Under the pieces are notes generated by a model. It made no database searches. It saw only the letters and a list, made by a program, of their open reading frames with translations, and was not told where the DNA came from. From an uncultured Desulfospira sp. (GTDB taxonomy: Bacteria > Desulfobacterota > Desulfobacteria > Desulfobacterales > Desulfobacteraceae): a stretch of 64,000 nt of DNA. Where the stretch lies: assembly GCA_963663165.1 (NCBI GenBank), contig OY760175.1, positions 2,624,001 through 2,688,000 on the forward strand. The letters run 5' to 3'. Shown piece after piece: positions 52,314 to 60,856 of this stretch (position 1 is its first letter; every line of letters begins with the position of its first letter). The position numbers and the translations under genes are program-made.

Positions 52314-52774
52314 TATATTTTGACCTTAATTGATTAACGCAATTTTTCGCCTGGATATACCTGTGAAAATCAGGGAACCACAGATTGTTTTTGAATCTTT
52401 TTTGAACCGTTACATTAATTTGCAACTTTCAATATTTTTGACTGCCAACCTAACCTACTAAATTTATATGAAAAACCATTTCTTTTTTGAAATAATGAAC
52501 GAAAAAAAATCCGTTACATTATTTGAATGTGAGCAGGCGGATCTTACGCAAAGTGGTTTCTATCGGCTTACAATCATGGGGGACATCGGGAATACGCCGC
52601 TGACGGTTACCGCTATGACGGGCAACGGGAAGTGTGACCATCCCTTTTTGCTCAAGTTTTCTCAGCATGCTTCGACAGGCCATGTCCTTGAGCAGACCTT
52701 TTTCCGTGCGCCAATCCCAGCGAGCACACAATTCTTTGGATAAACGAGTGCGGTGCCAGGCGGGATTGTCGTTA

Positions 52775-54155
52775 GGGATGTGGTAAAATTAAAACCCACA
52801 ATTCATTCCTCATAGCATGGAATATCAACAGCCCATTTTTCAATCCCTGGAATCCGAATAATTTTGTTTTCTATATTATTCACGGCGGACTTGACCAAAC
52901 GTACCCCTGTCGGGTAAACACCTTTGATTAATTTGACGACAGGATTTTCTCCTTTCCATGTCATTGTTCGACATAGACCGAGAACCTTTTCAATTTTGTT
53001 CAGCAATTCGCCTTTCCAATGATTTTCCAAAACACCCCAAACTCGCTCTATTGGGTTGTATTTACTGTGGTACGGGGGATAGTACACCAAACTAATATTT
53101 ACAAATGCTGATTTGGCAAAGTCCACGAGGCGACTAATGAATTGGCTCCTTCGGCTACTATTTTCCGGCCCATTATCAAGATTGATCACCAGTGTATGTG
53201 GGGCGAATCTTGCGTTCAAAGAAGGCCAGAGTGATTCCAGCGCATCAATCATGAAATCAGAGGTGATGTTGCTTTCAGTGAAGTACATATAATTTTCATC
53301 CAGAGCAGGTATGTTGATACCGAAAAGTTTCAAAAGGGAATCGGGTTTAAAATCATGGTCCGCCGCTTTAAGATTGCAACGACTATATCCGCCTCGGGAA
53401 TAAGGCCCTATTTTAATAGTGGCTTTTGCGTCCATTGAGATACGTAAAACGCCATCTGTTTCATCGGCTAGTTGGTTTGTCCTATGCACATATTCAAAAA
53501 TGATGTCTGTTTCAGGAATTTTTTTTTTACCTTGGCTTTGGCGACCTTCTTCAGTTTAAAACCCAATTTATTCATTATGGTGGATAGAGTCCGTACTGTT
53601 GGCATATTCTCAGGGTCATATCCCATGTCGTCAACTAATCGACGGAATACTTCATTCGCAGATATTGGGGAATATAAATTCTGGGTACGGAATGTAGGAT
53701 CAGTCTGACATATAGGGTTTACAATACGAGTTATGTCCTCTTTTAAATTCGGAAAATGTTCTAAACACGATTTCCGGCCTCGTCCGGAAAAATTATCAAC
53801 ACAGGTAACTCCGCTTTCTATTTCCCGTCGCCCTTTGATTATTGTTTTCCGATCCCAACCCAGTTCTCTTTCAGCCTTTAGTTGTCCGCCGTGCCCCATA
53901 AGGGAGACAACGCGTGCCATGAATTGGCGCCGTTCATGGCCTTTTAATTTGCTTCGAGTGGTATTCAGAAAATCCTTTAGTGGTGGCGTTAATTCCGATA
54001 TAGTTTTGGGTAAATTGTGCTTAGAATGATCAAACATGGTCCTCCTGTATTTTTTATGTAATCTTCCATGTTGACCATAAACTATCGATTCCATGTTGTC
54101 TATAGAAATCAGAATTCAGACTATGGAATTGTGGATATTAATTTTTCTGAGGCCC
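52775..54155 (-). mobile_element. ISAzo13-family insertion sequence
   Basis: GGG-starting imperfect 30-bp IRs (22/30); TTA target duplication at 52772-52774 and 54156-54158. Confidence 0.88.
52803..54037 (-). CDS. ISAzo13 transposase, two ORFs joined by a -1 shift at an A10 run (53519-53528)
   Basis: QTDPTFRT; the shift restores KKIPETDIIF; ISMDAKA, DNGPENS, YPPYHSKYNPIERVW. Confidence 0.85.
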
Positions 54156-54357
54156 TTAATCAAATGGCGTATCGTTTGTATATCAACTTCTGAAAATTCA
54201 CGTCCTTGAATGGTTAAAGTCCTGCTCATGCAAATCTATATAACCTTTCATGAGCCAGGAGTCCAGCTTTTTTTGGGAGGGCAGAGTATTCAATGCAGCA
54301 TGAAAAACGGAAAAATTGGATACATGTCAGTTCATGCCACTAAATGGGATTGCACCC

Positions 54358-54570
54358 CAGCGCAGGTGCAAAAACTGCCACGATCTATACATGCCGGATT
54401 CCCGCCATTTGAAACGACAAAAGTTCTGCAAAAAACCGGAATGCAAAGGCGCCAGCAAAAAACACAGTCAGCAAAAATGGCTGAATAAACCAAAAAACCG
54501 GGATTATTTCTCAGGATCAGAACATGTGACCCGTGTCCGGCAATGGCGCCAGGATAATCCCGGTTATAAG
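54358..54570 (+). pseudogene. Fragment of a Cys-rich mobile-element accessory gene hit by the IS
   Basis: RRCKNCH..PDSRH..RQKFC..PEC..ASKKHSQQKW...NRDYF..VRQWRQDNPGY; begins exactly at the IS end. Confidence 0.55.
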
Positions 54571-54711
54571 GGTCATGGGGGTCAAACCTGGTCATGGGGG
54601 TCAAACCTTGATTATTTCCTTTTAACATTAGCCGCATCTATCATATCCAAGCCTGCGCATAATGCTATAATCAAGGTTTGACCCCTTTCCCTCTGCTCCC
54701 TTTCCCTCTGC
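54571..54711. repeat. REP/REPIN-like inverted repeat with flanking tandem duplications
   Basis: Perfect 19-bp IR GGGGTCAAACCTTGATTAT (54597-54615 and 54667-54685); GGTCATGGGGGTCAAACCT x2 and CCCTTTCCCTCTGC x2. Confidence 0.75.
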
Positions 54712-54905
54712 CAGACGCAGGCCCATTGAATAGTTTGTAAGCAGGAAAACCCGGTAGCGCAGTTTACGCGTTGCGCCGATCAGATGTTCCACCTCGCCGG
54801 GAGTCAAAATATCCGGGATGGTTTTAACTTTGGGCGGCTTGACAATATTCAACCAATTCCATTCCTTTTTTAAAACGAATTTCCAGAAATGCTGAAGTCC
54901 CAGAC
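54703..54905 (-). pseudogene. Tyrosine recombinase internal fragment
   Basis: GLQHFWKFVL..W..IVKPP...IPDILTPGEV..LI...YSMGLRLAE. Confidence 0.7.
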
Positions 54906-54998
54906 GATGAATTAATATGGGGTTCCAACAATTCTCTTGCTACCCATAGGACCTGTTGCAACTATCAGCACCGTGATAAACCCGCCAGCCGCCAATCT

Positions 54999-55060
54999 GA
55001 CTTTTTCGGACTGAATTCCGGAAAAGTCTTGACTATTTCGGAATCGGTGTCAAAATAGTC
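54999..55060 (+). promoter_or_regulatory. Two tandem 30-bp imperfect palindromes over a likely leaderless promoter
   Basis: GACTTTTTCGGA-N6-TCCGGAAAAGTC and GACTATTTCGGA-N6-GTCAAAATAGTC; TTGACT at 55029; no RBS before ATG 55064. Confidence 0.55.
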
Positions 55061-55063
55061 GTC

Positions 55064-56197
55064 ATGGAACGATATCTCACAAAATATATTAAGGAAGATT
55101 TAGATAAAAAAATCATCCTGCTGACTGGGCCACGCCAAACCGGAAAAACAACGCTTTCAAAAATGTTGGGGAATGATTTTGATTATTTCAATTATGACAA
55201 TGTTGATGACAGAATAGGCCTTAAAGAAAGATCCTGGGACAGGTCAAAGCCCCTGGTTATCTTTGATGAACTGCACAAGCAGAAAAATTGGAAATCATGG
55301 CTTAAGGGAATTTATGACAAGGAGGGCATCCCGCCGTCACTGCTCGTTACAGGCAGCGCCAGGCTAGATACGTATAAAAAAGTTGGGGATTCCCTGGCAG
55401 GGCGATTTTTTCAATTTAGGTTGCACCCTTTGGATCTTAAAGAAATCAACACTTATTTGAAACCAGAAGACCCTGAAGCTGAACTAGACAAACTATTATC
55501 GATTGGCGGCTTTCCTGAACCTTTTTTAAATGGAACAAACCGTTTTTATAACCGTTGGAAAAGATCTCATCTTGATATCATTTTAAAACAGGATCTCATT
55601 GACCTTGAGAATGTTCAGCAAATCACTCAGATTGAAACCTTGATTCAATTGTTAAAACACCGGGTGGGAAGCCCCGTTTCATACAGCTCCCTGGCCCAGG
55701 ATCTGCAATGTTCAGACAAAACTGTAAAAAGGTGGTTGACGATACTTGAAAACATGTATGTACTTTTTAAGGTACCGCCCTTTCACAAAAATATCGCCAG
55801 GGCTATTCAGAAAGCGCCTAAATTTTACTTTTATGATACGGGGCAGGTCTTAGGTGAACATGGGATTAAGCTGGAAAATGCAGTAGCCTGCGCCATTCAA
55901 AAAGAGTTGCATTTCCGGGAGGATTGCCTGGGAGAAGAAGGAAAACTGTATTATGTGAAAAATAAGGACGGCAAAGAGATTGATTTCTGTATTTCAAAAA
56001 ACAACACCCCTTCACTGTTAGTGGAGGTTAAGTGGAACGACAATAACTTGAGTCCAAATTTTGATTTATTTAAAAAATTCTTCCCTGAAATTAAAATGAT
56101 CCAAGTTTCTAAGAAACTTAACAGGGAAAAGACTTTTCCAAACGGGGCAGCAATCAGGCTTGCATCAAAATGGTTGTCAAAATTAACCTTTTTCTGA
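55064..56197 (+). CDS. AAA_14/DUF4143 ATPase
   Basis: GPRQTGKT, IFDE, VTGS, GGFPE, KFYFYDTG, EIDF..EVK. Confidence 0.9.
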   Translation: MERYLTKYIKEDLDKKIILLTGPRQTGKTTLSKMLGNDFDYFNYDNVDDRIGLKERSWDRSKPLVIFDELHKQKNWKSWLKGIYDKEGIPPSLLVTGSARLDTYKKVGDSLAGRFFQFRLHPLDLKEINTYLKPEDPEAELDKLLSIGGFPEPFLNGTNRFYNRWKRSHLDIILKQDLIDLENVQQITQIETLIQLLKHRVGSPVSYSSLAQDLQCSDKTVKRWLTILENMYVLFKVPPFHKNIARAIQKAPKFYFYDTGQVLGEHGIKLENAVACAIQKELHFREDCLGEEGKLYYVKNKDGKEIDFCISKNNTPSLLVEVKWNDNNLSPNFDLFKKFFPEIKMIQVSKKLNREKTFPNGAAIRLASKWLSKLTFF

Positions 56198-56205
56198 AAA
56201 GTGCT

Positions 56206-56255
56206 TTTCAACAAACCAAATACACACGGGCAAGCCGGTGATGTTGGAATTAGCT
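56206..56255 (+). other. Degenerate attC-like site
   Basis: TTTCAAC-AAACCA-AATACACACGG...GCCGGTGATG-TTGGA-ATTAGCT; R' lacks the G of GTT. Confidence 0.35.
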
Positions 56256-56306
56256 TTTAAATCAAATCTCTTGACGAACGCATCAAAAAAATGCATATAG
56301 ATACAT

Positions 56307-56507
56307 ATGAGAACTACACTTAACATAGACGACAAAATCTTGGAGAAAGCCGCGATTTTAACAGGGATCAAAGAAAAAACATCCTTGGTTCATCTTGGCC
56401 TTGAAGCGTTAATTGCACTTGAGAGCAGTAAACGCCTTGCAATGCTTGGTGGTACAGAAGAGGCTCTAAAGAACATTCCCCGTAGAAAATCCACAGGGGA
56501 AGCATGA
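56307..56507 (+). CDS. vapB: VapB antitoxin
   Basis: MRTTLNIDD; ATGA overlap with the PIN toxin gene. Confidence 0.88.
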   Translation: MRTTLNIDDKILEKAAILTGIKEKTSLVHLGLEALIALESSKRLAMLGGTEEALKNIPRRKSTGEA

Positions 56508-56866
56508 TCCTTGTAGACACGTCGGTATGGATTGATCATTTCCGAAAAAGTAACGCAAACCTGCAATCTCTCCTTATGAAAGGACGTGTTGTATGCCATG
56601 AGCTTATTATTGGCGAATTGGTTTGTGGAAATTTTCAAAATCGAAAAGAAATTATAAGCTTATTACAAGCTTTGCCCCAAGTCCCTCAAATAAGTTTTGA
56701 CGAGTATTTATATTTTGTCGAGAAAAGGAGTCTTTTCGGCAAAGGTATAGGATTCATTGATATTCATTTGTTGGCTTCGGCAAGATTGTCACAATCGAAG
56801 CTTTGGACTCTTGATAAAAGGCTTAATAAACAGGGTGTTGACCTTGAAGTAGATTATAAAATTTAA
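56504..56866 (+). CDS. vapC: VapC PIN-domain toxin
   Basis: MILVDTSVWID, IIGEL, IDIHLLAS, LWTLD. Confidence 0.92.
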   Translation: MILVDTSVWIDHFRKSNANLQSLLMKGRVVCHELIIGELVCGNFQNRKEIISLLQALPQVPQISFDEYLYFVEKRSLFGKGIGFIDIHLLASARLSQSKLWTLDKRLNKQGVDLEVDYKI

Positions 56867-56926
56867 GCAAACAAATGAATCGAGAGGGACGTCTCTGACG
56901 AACGCCCCTCATTCATCGCGTTCTCT
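56866..56926 (+). other. Integron attC-like recombination site
   Basis: R'' AGCAAAC, 5-bp spacer, L'' AATCGAGA (unpaired C at position 4), GGGAC...GCC, L' CCTCATT, 6-bp spacer, R' GTTCTCT. Confidence 0.65.
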
Positions 56927-56944
56927 CAATAGCAATTTTTATTA

Positions 56945-57243
56945 TTAATCAACCAGAAGGGAAGCCACTGGATTGCCTCTGCTCAAAAAGGCCCTGAACT
57001 CACTTGAGATGTGTTCATCGTGTTGGACATTTTCCCAAAAGTCATATGTCAATCGCCGTAAGCGGGTGATGTCGTTTCGATTGAGCTCCGGATCAGGGAT
57101 TTCCAAGGTATCAAAAAAGAATGGCTCGACCTCGCCGACACTTTTTGGGGCAAAGCCCATGGAACATATATCAAGCAGGGTAATAGTTTAAACATCTCCT
57201 CGTCTATGGATAAGCTGAGGTTGCCCAAATGCATGTCAGATTC
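56945..57243 (-). pseudogene. HipA/YjjJ-like toxin C-terminal remnant (frameshifted)
   Basis: DMHLGNLS...LLP/DICSMGFAP; truncated by the repeat cluster. Confidence 0.65.
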
Positions 57244-57478
57244 GGGGGACACGATATAAAAATATTGGCAAGCCGATTTTAATTTTGTTTCGTGTCCCTG
57301 GAATTTCTCGTGTCCCTGGAATTTCTGTCCCTGGAATTTCTGTAGACTGCGTAGACTGGGGTCAAACCTTGATTATTGACTTTAAACCTCGAGATTCTCG
57401 GGGGACACGATACTAAAATATTTGCAAGCCAATTTTAATTTTGTTTCGTGTCCCCGAATTTCGTGTCCCCGAATTTCC
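57240..57478. repeat. REP-like cluster
   Basis: Two ~58-bp units GGGGGACACGATA...TTTCGTGTCCC; tandem TGTCCCTGGAATTTC x3 and TCGTGTCCCCGAATT x2; third GGGGTCAAACCTTGATTAT copy near 57358. Confidence 0.75.
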
Positions 57479-57597
57479 AAAGAACTTACCCCTGTAATAT
57501 ATGGTATAAGTTCTCAAATTTTAAGATTTGGGACGAATTTCACATATGGTGGTCCGATATGAATCATTCGACCGGTCAATTTTATATTAATACCAGC

Positions 57598-57669
57598 CGA
57601 ATCGTCTTAATACGTGATCCATATGCCGGGTGGCGGGGCCTCTCAATGATGGGGGCGCCTTATCCCGAT
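57598..57669 (+). ncRNA. Degenerate group II (class C-like) intron 3' end, domains V-VI
   Basis: AATCGTCTTAATACGTGATCCATATGCCGGGTGG...TATCCCGAT resembles the IIC pattern AACCGCC..TACGTGACCCGTATGCCCGGTGG...TATCCCGAT; no RT ORF. Confidence 0.6.
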
Positions 57670-57673
57670 CCGA

Positions 57674-58315
57674 TTATTTTTTTTCTGTCACATACAGTTG
57701 AAAAGGAACTGCTTTCCCTTCCATTTGAAAGTTCTCTGCTACAAACTCTATTTTTTTTAACGAAGAAAACCCATTGTCTTTAATCAGGTCAAAAAGGTAC
57801 TTGCTGCTGTGCTGATAATTTACCAATCCGTTTTTGCCTGGCGGCTTTTGGATAAATTTTGATTCCTGTTGACCGGTATTCTCTTCGATAATAAATGCAA
57901 ATATTCCCCTTTTTTTTAATATCCTCGAAATCTCAGAAAATAAAGCATCCAATTGGGGAATAAAATATAGAACAGCGTTGGCACTTACGTGGTTAAAATA
58001 ATTCGTCTGATATGGCAGTGGCGTATCGTTCAGGTCAAATTGCTGTAAATCAGCCGCTATATTTTTTTGTTTACAGACTTCAAGCATTTGTGCTGAATAA
58101 TCAAGGCCGTAAATTTTTAAACCGGCGTTGTGAAATGCGGTTGCGCTCAGTCCTGTGCCGATACCGATGTCTAAAATTTTATCATTTGCTGCCAGGAATT
58201 CATAAACCATTCCAAATAAAATTTCAGCGCCGTACCATTTCTGCTTTTTTACTGCGTCCTCATATTTTTCTGCAAATTTTTTTTTGAAAAACAAATTCTT
58301 TTCCGGGTTCATCAT
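57674..58315 (-). CDS. Class I SAM-dependent methyltransferase (AT-rich)
   Basis: ILDIGIGTG, GLDYSAQML, SRILKKRG. Confidence 0.88.
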   Translation of the reverse strand: MMNPEKNLFFKKKFAEKYEDAVKKQKWYGAEILFGMVYEFLAANDKILDIGIGTGLSATAFHNAGLKIYGLDYSAQMLEVCKQKNIAADLQQFDLNDTPLPYQTNYFNHVSANAVLYFIPQLDALFSEISRILKKRGIFAFIIEENTGQQESKFIQKPPGKNGLVNYQHSSKYLFDLIKDNGFSSLKKIEFVAENFQMEGKAVPFQLYVTEKK

Positions 58316-58321
58316 AAAATA

Positions 58322-59095
58322 TCACCGGGCCACGATGACTTTAAGGCCGATGGCCTCGAGTTCCTCTTTGAATTCTTTTTTAATTCCGGCATCGGTGATG
58401 AGCATATCGACTTTCTTAATGGGGGCGGTCACAAAGTTGGAAACCACGCCCATCTTGCTGGAGTCTGCCACGACCATCACCGGCCCGGATGTCTGGTCGA
58501 TCATAAGCCGGGCCACGGCGGCCTCCTCCTGCACCGGGGTGGTCAACCCGTATTTGATGCTCACCCCGTCCACACCGATAATGGCCTTGCTGCCGCATAC
58601 ATTTTTCAGGGTGCTGTGGGTCAGGTCCCCGATCAGGGAGTTGGACTGCCGGCGGTACTGGCCGCCGGTGAGGATGACTTCGATTTCAGGGTTTTGAATC
58701 TCGGACAGGGCATTGGCATTGCTGGTGATGATGCGGATGCCCCGGCCGCTTAAATGACGCAGGACCTGGGAATTGGTGGACCCGGTATTGATCAGGACGG
58801 TGTCACCGGCCTCAATGAACTGATTGGCGGCCATGCCGATCTTTTCTTTTTGCAGACGCTGGGTCTGGTCCTTTTCCGAATATAAATACTCCCCTTTGAC
58901 CCGCCGCCTGAGAATGGCGCCGCCGTGGGTCCGTTCTAAGATCCCCTTTTTTTCAAGTTTGTCAAAATCCCGCCGGATGGTCAGCTCCGTCACTTCAAAC
59001 AGGTGGCTCAGTTCGGTCACCTTGACGATTCCCTTTTCCTCGATAAGGCTCTGGATTCTTGACTGACGGTCCAATGGGATAAGGGATTGGGGCAT
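58322..59095 (-). CDS. DeoR/GlpR family regulator
   Basis: VTELTIRRD..L...RTHGGA, VADSSK. Confidence 0.92.
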   Translation of the reverse strand: MPQSLIPLDRQSRIQSLIEEKGIVKVTELSHLFEVTELTIRRDFDKLEKKGILERTHGGAILRRRVKGEYLYSEKDQTQRLQKEKIGMAANQFIEAGDTVLINTGSTNSQVLRHLSGRGIRIITSNANALSEIQNPEIEVILTGGQYRRQSNSLIGDLTHSTLKNVCGSKAIIGVDGVSIKYGLTTPVQEEAAVARLMIDQTSGPVMVVADSSKMGVVSNFVTAPIKKVDMLITDAGIKKEFKEELEAIGLKVIVAR

Positions 59096-59310
59096 GCCGG
59101 GTTCCTTTAAGACAAATAAAAAACATATACCAGAATTTTGCTTGAAGAATCAATCCCACCATTTCTTTATTACCGTTTGATCATTTTAACAAAATCATGT
59201 CCCTAAATATTGATCCGGACACACTTTTACGGTAGAATTCATTAAATATTTCGCATTACTTTTTGTGTGGTGCATATTTAATAATCACCATTATTTAATA
59301 AGGAGGTCTC

Positions 59311-59886
59311 ATGGCAAAGGATGATGAACTGTTTTCAGGTCCGTCCGTGTTTGACCTTCGGGGAAAGCAGTCGGTCAGGGCAACCTTCAGGTTGTCCCAG
59401 AAGGCCATTGACGCCTTAGGCCTTGTGGCCGTCCACATGGGGATCAAACAAAAATCTTTGTTTGACCATATTATTGAGGACATGGAGGCCCTGGATGATC
59501 TGGCCAGAAGTATCCGGATCCGGCAGTTTGAAAAAATCCCCCGGCGGCAGAAGACCTTTGTTTTAAGCCGCCGGACCGTTGATGCCCTGGCCAGCATTTC
59601 CCAGTCCCACGGCATGCCCCGGGATGCTCTGGTGGAGTATTCCATTAAAAAGCTGGAAGCCATTATCCAGGCCGAGCGGAGGCGGCACCAGGAGCGAAAA
59701 AAACTGCGCCAGGCCCTTTTGAAGCATGTAAATGAGGGCGAGGCCCTCTATGCATCCGCCGCAAAGGCTTTGGGACCGGATGATCCGTTTTGCAGAAAAA
59801 TGGAACGGTCTGTTCTCGCTGCCCGCAAGACCTTGGAAGATATTGATTTGTTTTTGGAAAAGAGCATGGTTCTGGAAGATTTTTAA
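59311..59886 (+). CDS. Hypothetical protein with two RHH-like repeats
   Basis: ATFRLSQKAIDAL / KTFVLSRRTVDAL; AGGAGG RBS. Confidence 0.7.
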   Translation: MAKDDELFSGPSVFDLRGKQSVRATFRLSQKAIDALGLVAVHMGIKQKSLFDHIIEDMEALDDLARSIRIRQFEKIPRRQKTFVLSRRTVDALASISQSHGMPRDALVEYSIKKLEAIIQAERRRHQERKKLRQALLKHVNEGEALYASAAKALGPDDPFCRKMERSVLAARKTLEDIDLFLEKSMVLEDF

Positions 59887-59907
59887 ACTAGGTTTAGGAG
59901 GATCCAA

Positions 59908-60852
59908 TTGATTGAAATTCAAAACCTGACAAAGTACTACAACGACTTTTGTGCTGTTGACAACATCAGCCTGTCCATCCCCCCGGGTGAAATCCTCGGG
60001 CTTCTTGGACCCAACGGGGCGGGCAAGACTACCAGCTTGAGGATGCTCACCGGGTATTTCAAGCCAAGTTCCGGCACCATTAAGGTCAAAGACTATGAAA
60101 TGCCCAGGGACACCCTCAAGATCAAGTCCCTGATGGGGTACCTTCCCGAATCCGCCCCCCTTTACCACAACATGCTGGTCTACGATTACCTGGATTATGT
60201 GGCCAGGATCAAGGGGATCACGGCGCTTTCAGAACGGCAGGAGCGGTTTAAACAGCTGGCCAAAACCTGCGGGCTGTCCTCAATCATGGCCAAGCCCATT
60301 GCCAACCTGTCCAAGGGGCTGAAACAGCGGGTCGGCTTAGCCCACGCCATGATGACGGATCCCGAAATCCTGATCCTGGACGAGCCCACCTCAGGGCTTG
60401 ACCCCAACCAGATCGCTGAGATCCGGGATATCATCCGGGCCATCGGCAAGGAGAAGACCATTATTTTTTCCACCCATATCTTGAGTGAGGCCGAGGCCAC
60501 CTGTGACCGGATCGTGATCATCAACAAGGGAAAGGTGGTGGCCGACGATTCCACGGAACACCTTAAACAGGGCATGGACAATGCGGCCTATATCAAGCTG
60601 TCCCTGATGGGGGCCGACAAAGAAAAGGCCATAAACCTGTTAACCTCAATGGGGGAAGACCTGTCCGTTGAAGCCATTCCGGCATCAGAGCCCGGCGCTC
60701 TGTCTTTTGAAATCAGGACGCCCGGGGATCAGGACCTGCGGTCATCCATTTATCTTAAAATCAAGGAAACCGACTGGATCATTGTTGAACTTGCCAGAGA
60801 ATCCCAGGCCCTTGAAAAAGTCTTCCAGGACCTGACAAGGGAGGAGGCGTAA
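59908..60852 (+). CDS. ABC ATPase, GldA-like
   Basis: GPNGAGKT, LSKGLKQR, DEPTSGLDPNQI. Confidence 0.9.
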   Translation: MIEIQNLTKYYNDFCAVDNISLSIPPGEILGLLGPNGAGKTTSLRMLTGYFKPSSGTIKVKDYEMPRDTLKIKSLMGYLPESAPLYHNMLVYDYLDYVARIKGITALSERQERFKQLAKTCGLSSIMAKPIANLSKGLKQRVGLAHAMMTDPEILILDEPTSGLDPNQIAEIRDIIRAIGKEKTIIFSTHILSEAEATCDRIVIINKGKVVADDSTEHLKQGMDNAAYIKLSLMGADKEKAINLLTSMGEDLSVEAIPASEPGALSFEIRTPGDQDLRSSIYLKIKETDWIIVELARESQALEKVFQDLTREEA

Positions 60853-60856
60853 CCCC

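Larger units (their letters stand above)
48258..52535 (+). mobile_element. TG..CA-ended Mu/IS21-like transposon with five genes
   Basis: Left TGCTAAGATTCAAAAAATGTAACG vs right (reverse complement) TGCTCACATTCAAATAATGTAACG, 21/24; internal end-motif copies at 48307 and 52407; right end abuts the cut point in the DUF4338 copy. Confidence 0.82.
52536..54357 (-). mobile_element. Truncated inverted second copy of the DUF4338 IS (IRL + 5' part of DUF4338), interrupted by ISAzo13
   Basis: 52536-52774 and 54156-54357 are the reverse complement of about 138-575; IRL ends at 54357. Confidence 0.9.

Noticed and set aside
48258..52535. CRISPR-associated/Tn7 transposon or Mu prophage
   Set aside because: No recognisable TniQ/TnsD, TnsA, Cas or virion genes within the IRs
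138..54357. Composite transposon bounded by the two inverted DUF4338-IS copies
   Set aside because: Copy 1 has its own intact 9-bp target duplication and the outer flanks do not match each other, so the insertions were independent
54923..54962. Third attC site (TTCCAAC...)
   Set aside because: R''-like start but no complementary L boxes
57240..57478. CRISPR array
   Set aside because: Repeats are tandem or inverted without unique regular spacers; no cas genes
57448..57783. 111-aa ORF
   Set aside because: Runs through repeats, the intron remnant and the antisense of the methyltransferase gene
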